Source: an uncultured Helicobacter sp. (GTDB taxonomy: Bacteria; Campylobacterota; Campylobacteria; Campylobacterales; Helicobacteraceae). From it: a stretch of DNA of 64,000 bases. The stretch covers positions 444 through 64,443 of the forward strand of contig CBCPND010000018.1 in the NCBI GenBank assembly GCA_965120395.1. Reading direction: 5' to 3'. The notes under the pieces were generated by a model. It ran no database searches, had not been told where the DNA came from, and saw nothing but the letters and a program-made list of their open reading frames with translations. Positions within the stretch are counted from its first letter, which is position 1. Each line of letters begins with the position of its first letter. A program made the translations under genes and the position numbers. Below, piece after piece: positions 1-7,480 of the stretch.

Positions 1-23
1 GAAAACCCAAATCTAAAAAAGGG

Positions 24-377
24 TTAAATTTTTTTGTTAGAGAAAAACTTATCCATAACCGCTTGCATTGCATCGCTTTTAGTTATGATTTGGATTTGAT
101 TTTGTAGTTGTGCGATGAGTTTATCCTTTTCAGCAAGCATTTGGTGATAGCTTTTGTCCTTTTCAGCGAGGCTTTCTCTTTTTTCAGCAAGCAGCAAATT
201 ATAATCTTTTTGCTTTTGTGCCATAACGCTATCAAAGATTTTGCGCGCTTGTTTAGTTTTCTTGAAATCAAGAACTAAACAAAGCAAATAACCAGCAATC
301 ACACCAAGAAAAAGCCCGACGAAAAAATCTACACTACCACTTGTTATCAACTCTAGCAATGATTTTGCATTTTGCAT
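24..377 (-). CDS. Phage-island bitopic membrane protein with C-terminal coiled coil (paralog of 5342..5611)
   Basis: Trimmed to the internal ATG (MQNAKSLL...) with AAGGAC upstream. One TM segment (FFVGLFLGVIAGYLLCLVL) followed by LAEK-repeat coiled coil. Same architecture and end motifs as 5342..5611. Confidence 0.5.
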   Translation of the reverse strand: MQNAKSLLELITSGSVDFFVGLFLGVIAGYLLCLVLDFKKTKQARKIFDSVMAQKQKDYNLLLAEKRESLAEKDKSYHQMLAEKDKLIAQLQNQIQIITKSDAMQAVMDKFFSNKKI

Positions 378-591
378 TTTGCAGTCCTTTTGGAAATTTT
401 TTAAAATAATATCTAAACACAAAAAACAAAAAAGGGTTAAAACCCGCGCGGGTAAAATAAAGCTATAAGCCCTATACAACGATAATTTTAACTTTAACAA
501 GCAAGGCAAAAAGCCTTAAAAATCTTTTAACCCTTTTTTTTAGTTTTTGATTTTTGTAAAGTTTCGCGAAATTTAACACAAGGAGTCGCAA

Positions 592-951
592 ATGGCATCC
601 CAAAAAGTAAAAAATGTATCATATTTAGCAGTGGCTACACTTGATTTTAGCGATGGAGAGCTTAACAAAAGCGCGGTGTTAATCCCACCTTATGCAGAAG
701 TTATCCACATTAGCACAGAGGTGACTAACGCAGGAAGCGGAAGCCTTGATTTAGGATTTGAAGGAGATAGCCAAGCCGTAGCAAATGGCATCGATTTGAG
801 CGCTCTTTCTACAAATATATCTAATAGTGTTTTCACAAGTGCAAGCGCACAAGAGCTTATCGCCACAGCAAGCGCGACAAGCGATGCAGTAGTTAAAGTG
901 CGTGTGCAGTATTTCTTGCCAAGTGAAATTAGCATCGAATGCCACTACTAA
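592..951 (+). CDS. Hypothetical phage protein (first gene of capsid block)
   Basis: AAGGAG RBS 6 nt upstream. 119 aa, Ser/Ala-rich. Sits directly upstream of the scaffold-like and capsid-like genes. Confidence 0.45.
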   Translation: MASQKVKNVSYLAVATLDFSDGELNKSAVLIPPYAEVIHISTEVTNAGSGSLDLGFEGDSQAVANGIDLSALSTNISNSVFTSASAQELIATASATSDAVVKVRVQYFLPSEISIECHY

Positions 952-962
952 AAGGATTTAGG

Positions 963-1541
963 ATGAACGAGGAACTACAAGGCGCGCCCCAAGAGTCGCA
1001 AGCGCAACCAAAGCCTAGAACCAGAGATGACATTCTAAATGATTTGAAAAGCGGGATAATTTCAATCCAAGAGGGACTAGCTAAAGAGCTAGCCGAAATG
1101 GTAGAAAACAATCCAGAGTTAGAGGATTTATTCTTTGAGGACAAAGAAGCGTTTTTTAAGAAAATCATTGAGTTTCAAGACAAGGTAGTCAATGAACGCA
1201 TCGTCGATAGACAAAACGAGCTAGAGGAATACGACAAAAACGCGCAATTTGAATCAGGCTTACAAGCTTTAGAACAAGCTAAAAAAGCCTTTCAAGAAGC
1301 GCATCCCGATGTCAATGCAGATGAGCTTATGCAGTTTTATCTAACCTTGCCACAAGATGTGCAAGCGCAGCTTGATTCTTTAGCGCCAGATGCGCTATTT
1401 GAAAAGCTATTTGAATTACATCAAGCACAAGGAGGCGCACAGCAAGGACAACAAGATCAGCTACCAAAACAATTAAATGGTATGCCAAGCGATGCGAGCG
1501 AGCTAGAGCCAGAGCTCGACTTGCCAACCACACGATATTAA
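963..1541 (+). CDS. Putative capsid scaffolding protein (acidic, helical)
   Basis: Start moved to ATG 963 (MNEELQ..) to remove the overlap. Very acidic, Q/E/L-rich protein immediately upstream of the capsid-like gene. The call rests on position and composition only. Confidence 0.4.
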   Translation: MNEELQGAPQESQAQPKPRTRDDILNDLKSGIISIQEGLAKELAEMVENNPELEDLFFEDKEAFFKKIIEFQDKVVNERIVDRQNELEEYDKNAQFESGLQALEQAKKAFQEAHPDVNADELMQFYLTLPQDVQAQLDSLAPDALFEKLFELHQAQGGAQQGQQDQLPKQLNGMPSDASELEPELDLPTTRY

Positions 1542-1562
1542 ATTTAACATAAGGAGTAAAAA

Positions 1563-2747
1563 ATGGCAATCAATTGGAATAACATAAGCTACGATAGCTT
1601 AACAAACGACCCAAACATCGCGGTGAAAATCGCACAAGAAATCGAACGCACAAGTTGGCTAAAAAGCCCTTTTGCAAGTTTCGTAGGTAAAGGCGGAGAT
1701 AGAGGCGTAAGGCATTACGATGTCAATATTTGCCAACCATACAGACCAAGACTTAAAAATAAGCTAACAGGTGATGGTGTAGATGGCAATACAGATTTAG
1801 ATGCTAACTACGATAATTTGGAGATTCTCAATCAAACCATTTATCCACGCGTAGTGGCTAATGCTTTAAGAAGCGAGATTAAGCAGTATTCTACAATGAA
1901 AGGCATTAATTTCGCTAAAGAGGCAAGCGATTCTTTAAGCGAGTGGATCCAAGATAAGCGCGATAGGGAATTAGTCGCGGCATTATCTAATGATTTCACA
2001 AATGCAGTCGTTGCAAGCAACACTACAGGCACAGGCTATGCAGATACTACGAGCGCGGATTCTATCGCGGATGTTACTAAACAAATCGAAAAAGGCGATG
2101 TATGTAATGTCGCATTATTAAGGCGAGCTATTTTTATGGCAAGGACTGGTTTAAGGTATGACGGCACAAGTGCCTATCCGATTAAGCCTATCAAATCAGA
2201 CCTTGTAACACAAAATGGTGTAAGCTACATGCACAATTCTTACATCATCTTGCTAGATAGCTATCAAGCTAACCAGCTAAAATCAGATGAGGAATGGAAA
2301 GATATCCAAAAATATGCAGGGGCAAGAGGTGATGAAAACCACCTTTTCACAGGGCTTTTAGGCATGATTGATGGATGTCCAGTGCTAGACATGAACATTT
2401 GGAGTGTGATGCAAGTGGGTATGCTAAATTCTAACATTAGCGATGCGGACTTCAAAAAGAACATCCACGCACAAAACCACACTACACTAACACCGCCAAG
2501 CTACTACACAGGCGATAATCCAGTGTCAATCGGGGCTTTAATTGGTGCGAGTGCTTTAGTAATGGTCGGCACAGATAAACCACAATTCTACTTTAACGAC
2601 AAAGAGGACATGGGACGAAAGATTGCGTGCGGTGTGGATAGAATCTTATCTATTTCTAAAGGTAGATTTGCATTAGAAAGCGGAGCTTTAAGCGTATTTT
2701 CTAATCAAGATTTTGCCACAATCGGGATTTTCACAAGCTGTGAATAA
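1563..2747 (+). CDS. Putative major capsid protein
   Basis: 394 aa with AAGGAG RBS. Follows the scaffold-like gene and is followed by a perfect 10-bp hairpin. Size and composition are typical of HK97-fold major capsid proteins. Not verified by search. Confidence 0.5.
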   Translation: MAINWNNISYDSLTNDPNIAVKIAQEIERTSWLKSPFASFVGKGGDRGVRHYDVNICQPYRPRLKNKLTGDGVDGNTDLDANYDNLEILNQTIYPRVVANALRSEIKQYSTMKGINFAKEASDSLSEWIQDKRDRELVAALSNDFTNAVVASNTTGTGYADTTSADSIADVTKQIEKGDVCNVALLRRAIFMARTGLRYDGTSAYPIKPIKSDLVTQNGVSYMHNSYIILLDSYQANQLKSDEEWKDIQKYAGARGDENHLFTGLLGMIDGCPVLDMNIWSVMQVGMLNSNISDADFKKNIHAQNHTTLTPPSYYTGDNPVSIGALIGASALVMVGTDKPQFYFNDKEDMGRKIACGVDRILSISKGRFALESGALSVFSNQDFATIGIFTSCE

Positions 2748-2749
2748 GG

Positions 2750-2776
2750 GCTTTTAAGCTTTAAAGGCTTAAAAGC
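2750..2776 (+). terminator. Perfect 10-bp hairpin just after the capsid-like gene (attenuator/terminator candidate)
   Basis: GCTTTTAAGC (2750-2759), 7-nt loop, GCTTAAAAGC (2767-2776). Begins 3 nt after the stop codon. No following T-run. Confidence 0.35.
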
Positions 2777-2796
2777 GCAACTTAAAAGGATAAGCT

Positions 2797-3438
2797 ATGC
2801 TAATCTATGAAAAAGTCGCAGAAATTGATAGCCTTTTAGCACAAATCCAAAGTGAAAAGCAAGCAGGCATCACAGAGATGAAAGCCGAGCTTGAAAGCGC
2901 GCTAAATGATTATCAGACAACCACAAGCGAGGCGATAGATTCTAAAATCTCACAATCGCAAGAAAACCTAAAAAGCGATTATGAGAATTCTTTAGCAGAG
3001 TCCATTACAAGCCTTAAAAGTGAAAATGCAGAGATAATCAATCAAACGCTAACAGATATCGCAAGTGTAGCTAAAGAGGAAGTCAAAAGTGAGATTTTAG
3101 AGAATAAGGATTCTATACAAGGCGAGCTTTTGGAATCACTAAATAAGACGCTGCCAATGGAGCTTTTAGCCAATGCTTGCTTTAATGCTAAAGTTTTAGC
3201 GGGCATTGAAGGGACGATAGAATCCCAGATGACCACCGATAAGGCTAAACGCGTTTTCAAAGAAGCACTAAAAGAGGATGTGTTAGTTAAGGATTATTAT
3301 GAGTCGTTTTTGCGCTTGCAGAGTTTAAAGATTTTTGGCACGCACGAGCTTATACAAGGCATTATCCAAGCCATAAGCAAGCCCGAGCCAGAACCAGAAC
3401 CGCCACAACAAGCACAAAACATCCTTATAGCAAGGTAG
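2797..3438 (+). CDS. Hypothetical phage coiled-coil protein
   Basis: 213 aa with AAGGA RBS. Heptad-like E/S/L-rich sequence and a C-terminal PEPEPEPP tract. Confidence 0.45.
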   Translation: MLIYEKVAEIDSLLAQIQSEKQAGITEMKAELESALNDYQTTTSEAIDSKISQSQENLKSDYENSLAESITSLKSENAEIINQTLTDIASVAKEEVKSEILENKDSIQGELLESLNKTLPMELLANACFNAKVLAGIEGTIESQMTTDKAKRVFKEALKEDVLVKDYYESFLRLQSLKIFGTHELIQGIIQAISKPEPEPEPPQQAQNILIAR

Positions 3439-3442
3439 CTTA

Positions 3443-4291
3443 ATGAATAATGCAGAATTTGATACAAGGCTAAATCTAGTATGCAAAACGCTTTTTAAAA
3501 GCGGTTTTTTAGAAAACGCAGATAATCGGAACAACTTCACAGGCAGTGATTTAGCACAAATCCAAGTGGGATTAGCACAAATCGCGGTTAATGCAGTGCT
3601 AGCAATGGAGAAAACCGATTTAGAGCGCGAGGCCATGAATGTATCAAATGCTAAAATGCAAAGTGAATTAGAGCTAACCATTAACCGCGCTAAAATCGAA
3701 AACATCAAAATTATGGCAGAAGCAATCGCCCAAGCCATACAAGCAGAATCAATTAAGCGCAGCGTAACCGATAATGCTACGATTAACAAAACAAATGCCT
3801 ATGTTAGCTTTTTCAATGTCGCAATGAATGCCATTGCTAATAATAGCGCGAGTTTAGAGGATGGCACGATGTTATCTAGCATAAGCACATTGGTGATGAA
3901 TTGCATCGAGACAATTAACACCGAGGCTTTAGGTAGCAATTTTGATGATTTACTCACAATGCTAACCACAAACGCACAAAAGCTAGATAACATCGGAGAT
4001 GGCACAAGGAAAGTCCAAATTATCGCGCCTAAAAATGTTATTATGCGTGGTGAGCCGCTAACCTTAATCGGATTAAGCACTTATGGCAATAATGCGTGCG
4101 AATTTGTCGATGGCGAGAATACCATCTCTAGCAGATTTTATACATTTAGCGAGCCCAGCGAGTGCAAGAAAGAAATCACCTTTAGAGTCAAAAACAACGA
4201 GGATGAATGGGTAAGCGATACCATCCACATTGTCGTAACGCGCTTTAAGTATAAGAAAAAAAACAAGGAGATTGTAATCGATGCAAAATGA
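3443..4291 (+). CDS. Hypothetical phage virion-module protein
   Basis: 282 aa, 4 nt after the preceding stop. The C-terminal ~90 aa look like a beta-sandwich domain, judged from alternating hydrophobic pattern only. Confidence 0.45.
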   Translation: MNNAEFDTRLNLVCKTLFKSGFLENADNRNNFTGSDLAQIQVGLAQIAVNAVLAMEKTDLEREAMNVSNAKMQSELELTINRAKIENIKIMAEAIAQAIQAESIKRSVTDNATINKTNAYVSFFNVAMNAIANNSASLEDGTMLSSISTLVMNCIETINTEALGSNFDDLLTMLTTNAQKLDNIGDGTRKVQIIAPKNVIMRGEPLTLIGLSTYGNNACEFVDGENTISSRFYTFSEPSECKKEITFRVKNNEDEWVSDTIHIVVTRFKYKKKNKEIVIDAK

Positions 4292-5336
4292 ACAAGAATT
4301 TGAGGATTTAGAATACACCGAAAAAGACTTAATCTTAAGCGAGGAAGCCACACCAGAAGCTAAATCTAAAGCTTTAGCGCGGGCAAATCAAGTAGCACGA
4401 GCATCAGGACAACCCGAGCTTATGGCAGATTATCAAGAGGATTTAGAGCAGCAAGGAATTTTTGACGCGCTAAATAACTCGGTGATTAAGGATTCTAAAG
4501 GCTTAAGCGATGAACTTAATAACCAAATTGATGAAATCGATGGCATAAGCGAGGATAGCGAGGGCACACCTTATGGCTATCAAATGCCACAAAGCGATAC
4601 TTACGAGACTACACGCTATGAAAGGTATAGGAATACAGGCGTGGCTTATTTTGATAAGAAAAAAGATTTAAGCTTGCTTGATGCGTATTTAGCTAAAAAG
4701 TTAGGTTTAGATGTTAAGTGGAATTATCACAAAATCGATATGAAAGGTGATTTTTCAATCAAAAACCGCAATCAAGGCGCAGCAATTGAAAACATGATGA
4801 ATAGCGTTAAGCAAGCACAAAACCTATATTCTATGGTGATCCCCTTGATGGTGAACAAAGATACTAAAGAGAACATCCAAAGTGCAATCAAAAAAGGCGC
4901 ATTTAAAGCGGTCGGCGGAATGGTAGATTTTGATGTAACAGATCCAAATATGCGAAAGACAGCATTAACCGAAATCATAGCAGGTGTAATGACAAGCGCG
5001 GGGGGCAGAAGCGGTCGCATTACAGATGAAGTGCGCAGAAATGCAGCAGAATATGTTAAAGGCGCATTTGATAACAAAAATTACTACGATGTTGCGCGGG
5101 TTATGGGTGATTTAGCGTTGAATGCTATTGAATCAAATTATCAAAGAGCACTTATGAGCGGGTTTGATGATAACACTTTAGCACTAATGCATCGCGATGT
5201 TGTTAATGCTAGAAAGGTTGTAGATTCTATCAAAAACAGCAATCGTGAGGATTTTGCTAAAAATCCAGTTAAAACATTTGCAGTGCTTGATACATTCTTA
5301 CGCGGGAACAGAATCCCAACAGATCGCATAAGGTAA
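4281..5336 (+). CDS. Hypothetical phage protein
   Basis: 351 aa with AAGGAG RBS. Overlaps the preceding gene by 11 nt, consistent with translational coupling. Confidence 0.45.
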   Translation: MQNEQEFEDLEYTEKDLILSEEATPEAKSKALARANQVARASGQPELMADYQEDLEQQGIFDALNNSVIKDSKGLSDELNNQIDEIDGISEDSEGTPYGYQMPQSDTYETTRYERYRNTGVAYFDKKKDLSLLDAYLAKKLGLDVKWNYHKIDMKGDFSIKNRNQGAAIENMMNSVKQAQNLYSMVIPLMVNKDTKENIQSAIKKGAFKAVGGMVDFDVTDPNMRKTALTEIIAGVMTSAGGRSGRITDEVRRNAAEYVKGAFDNKNYYDVARVMGDLALNAIESNYQRALMSGFDDNTLALMHRDVVNARKVVDSIKNSNREDFAKNPVKTFAVLDTFLRGNRIPTDRIR

Positions 5337-5341
5337 AAGCT

Positions 5342-5611
5342 TTAAGGTTTTTTGTTGAGCTTTTCAACAAAAGGCTTAAAAAGTGCTTGCGTGCCTATTT
5401 GTTGTCGTAATTCTTGAATCTTGGCATCTTTTTCTTTTATAATCAAATCAAAATTTTTTCTTGATTCTTTTAAACTTTCTCTAATTTCTTTTGTTGCCTT
5501 GAACCAAAATCTACCTACAAGAAAACAGCACAAAGTAGCTACAATCACACCAAAACCAAAACCAGCCACAAAAGCAGAAGCATTTTCAAGATGAAAGTGA
5601 ATTTCGCTCAT
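5342..5611 (-). CDS. Phage-island bitopic membrane protein with coiled coil (paralog of 24..377)
   Basis: 89 aa. TM segment FVAGFGFGVIVATLCCFLV, then KEKDAKIQELRQQI (compare AEKDKLIAQLQNQI in 24..377). AAGGG RBS. Antisense to the flanking structural blocks. Confidence 0.5.
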   Translation of the reverse strand: MSEIHFHLENASAFVAGFGFGVIVATLCCFLVGRFWFKATKEIRESLKESRKNFDLIIKEKDAKIQELRQQIGTQALFKPFVEKLNKKP

Positions 5612-5683
5612 TTTTAACCCTTTTTTAAATTTGAAATTTTCACAATAATACCAAAATCCAAAAATTAAAAAAGGGGATAAAAA

Positions 5684-5770
5684 ATGTATTTTACATTAGG
5701 TTTTATCGCTGGTGTAAGTTTAGTTTGTGTTATCTTTTTTTGTATGCTAAAAAGGGATTTGCGCGATTAA
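5684..5770 (+). CDS. Candidate micro-ORF: 28-aa hydrophobic peptide MYFTLGFIAGVSLVCVIFFCMLKRDLRD
   Basis: Below the ORF-track cutoff. GGGGA RBS 7 nt upstream of the ATG. One TM-length hydrophobic stretch plus a charged tail. Confidence 0.25.
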   Translation: MYFTLGFIAGVSLVCVIFFCMLKRDLRD

Positions 5771-5807
5771 ACGCACTTGCAAATCAATCAAAAACAAGGA
5801 GTAAAAA

Positions 5808-6191
5808 ATGGGCGACATTCTTACCTCATTAGGAAACATCGGGTTAGGAATCCTAAACGCATTTAATGCATCAAAATCGCTAAAACTTCAAGAGGAGAGT
5901 TTAGCGGAAACCAAAGCACAAAACGCTTACGAGCGTCAGAAGTATGAAAACGCACTTGCCAATCAACAAGAGGGCATAAGCGCGTTAGGAAGTGTGTTTA
6001 GCAGTGCTTTAGAAAAAAGCCAAAGCACGGATTCTAGCACAGAATCTAGCACGGATTCTACAAGTGGCTTAACAGGAAGCACAGATGCAAGCGCAAGCGT
6101 AGATGGAAGCGCAAGCGCAGCGGATGCAACGACAAGCAAGGCAGCAAGCGAAGGCACAAGCGATGCTAGCGTGCCAACACAAAGAGATTAA
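5808..6191 (+). CDS. Hypothetical phage protein with Ser/Thr/Asp-rich repetitive C-terminus
   Basis: AAGGAG RBS. N-terminal glycine-zipper-like hydrophobic segment. Contains a 12-bp tandem repeat x3 (6024-6059) encoding STDS/STES/STDS. Confidence 0.4.
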   Translation: MGDILTSLGNIGLGILNAFNASKSLKLQEESLAETKAQNAYERQKYENALANQQEGISALGSVFSSALEKSQSTDSSTESSTDSTSGLTGSTDASASVDGSASAADATTSKAASEGTSDASVPTQRD

Positions 6192-6264
6192 CAATCGAGA
6201 TAAGTCTAGAATTAGAAAAAGAGCTAGCGCAAAAATGCAAAAGGCTAGTTTTTGGAGTTGAAAG

Positions 6265-6699
6265 ATGAGAGAAGTAATCAATGATAGCGAGGAAGCTATC
6301 ACACTAAAGCTAAAAAACAGCTATGGTAAAACCATAGCCACTTATAAGATAGAAAGTCAAGAGAGTATAAGCTTGCCATTATTTAGCGAGGATGAAAGGC
6401 TTATGAATGATAATAAGCAAGTGTTTATCTATGCAGGAAGCGGAGAGCTAAACATAAGCGAATGCTATACGAAGTATGTTTTTAGCGACATCGATGTTAA
6501 GGATTTAGATTACTACCTGCAACACCAAAAAACCCCGCTAAAAGCTAAAGCTAAAGAGCAGTTGCAAGCTTTCATCGAGCTTATGGAATCTAACCTCAAT
6601 CTAGGATACGATAAAATTAAGCCACCGCTATACGAAAAACTAGAGAGGGATTTATTATTTTATCGCAACGAGGATTTAGACTTTAGGTTTGTGTTTTAG
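6265..6699 (+). CDS. Hypothetical phage protein
   Basis: 144 aa with GGAG RBS upstream. No recognisable motif. Confidence 0.4.
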   Translation: MREVINDSEEAITLKLKNSYGKTIATYKIESQESISLPLFSEDERLMNDNKQVFIYAGSGELNISECYTKYVFSDIDVKDLDYYLQHQKTPLKAKAKEQLQAFIELMESNLNLGYDKIKPPLYEKLERDLLFYRNEDLDFRFVF

Positions 6700-6776
6700 A
6701 TTTGCTTTTGTGAAAAAAGCAAGCTAACCACAAAGGCAATAAGAGCAAAGATTAGAATTTGGATTAAGATACTCAT
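6696..6776 (-). CDS. Candidate micro-ORF: 26-aa hydrophobic peptide MSILIQILIFALIAFVVSLLFSQKQI
   Basis: Below the ORF-track cutoff. GGGGA upstream of the ATG. Caveat: it overlaps an 8-bp hairpin (6702-6722) that could instead be a terminator for 6265..6699. Confidence 0.2.
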   Translation of the reverse strand: MSILIQILIFALIAFVVSLLFSQKQI

Positions 6777-6870
6777 TTTACACATCCCCGCGAGAATCCC
6801 GCTTTAAAAATTTTAACCCTTTAAAAAATTTGGCATTTATAGAATAATAGCACACAAAAAAGGCAAAATA

Positions 6871-7470
6871 ATGAACACAGCCAAAAAAGTGATAAATCTT
6901 ATCCGAAGCATAGCTAGAGATGATGATTATAAGAAGCTATTTTTTAGCGATAGCGAGTTATTAGAAAAGTTAAGCTTATCACAAAACGAACTCATTTCAG
7001 AGTTTAAAGAAAACATCCACTACCTAAAAATAAAGCTAAAAGGCAGCACAGAGCTAGAATTACCAGCTAAAATTGCCTACATTATCAAGCTAGAGTTAGA
7101 TGGCAAGCCACTAACCTATACGAGTGCTACCACAGGATTAAAGCTAAAAGAGCCTTGCTTTTTTTACTTGCGAGGCTACACCTATATGCTTTACAATGTT
7201 AGCAAAGGCGAGGAGCTAGAGATAATGGCAAGCTTTTTTAGCAAAGAGCTAAAAAGTCCTAATGATAGCCTTGCTTTAAGCGCAGAATTTAATAAGGCTT
7301 TAGCTTTAAGGGTCGTATTGGATACGCTTTTAGTGGAGAGAAGCAGCGCGGATTTGCAACCACGAATGCAGATATTGCGCAGTGAATACGAGTTAGCTAA
7401 AAGCAAAATAAGAAGCTTAAAAAACATAGCTAACACGCCAAACATAACCTATACTAAACATCACATCTAA
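6871..7470 (+). CDS. Hypothetical phage protein (immediately upstream of portal-like gene)
   Basis: 199 aa. First gene of the third + strand block, downstream of a TTTTAACCCTTT box. Confidence 0.45.
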   Translation: MNTAKKVINLIRSIARDDDYKKLFFSDSELLEKLSLSQNELISEFKENIHYLKIKLKGSTELELPAKIAYIIKLELDGKPLTYTSATTGLKLKEPCFFYLRGYTYMLYNVSKGEELEIMASFFSKELKSPNDSLALSAEFNKALALRVVLDTLLVERSSADLQPRMQILRSEYELAKSKIRSLKNIANTPNITYTKHHI

Positions 7471-7480
7471 AGGATAGCAA

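Noticed and set aside
4253-4291. A8 run (AAG AAA AAA AAC) at the end of 3443..4291, considered as a programmed-frameshift site fusing to 4281..5336
   Set aside because: The downstream ORF is in the +1 frame, and that frame has a TAA at 4275-4277 between the A-run and its ATG. No fusion product is possible, so the overlap is ordinary translational coupling.
5350-5372. 9-bp hairpin TTTTGTTGA-N5-TCAACAAAA at the convergent junction of 4281..5336 and 5342..5611, considered as a bidirectional terminator
   Set aside because: It lies inside the 3' coding end of 5342..5611 and lacks a downstream U-run on either strand. It may still act as an RNA-stability element, but it is not called as a feature.
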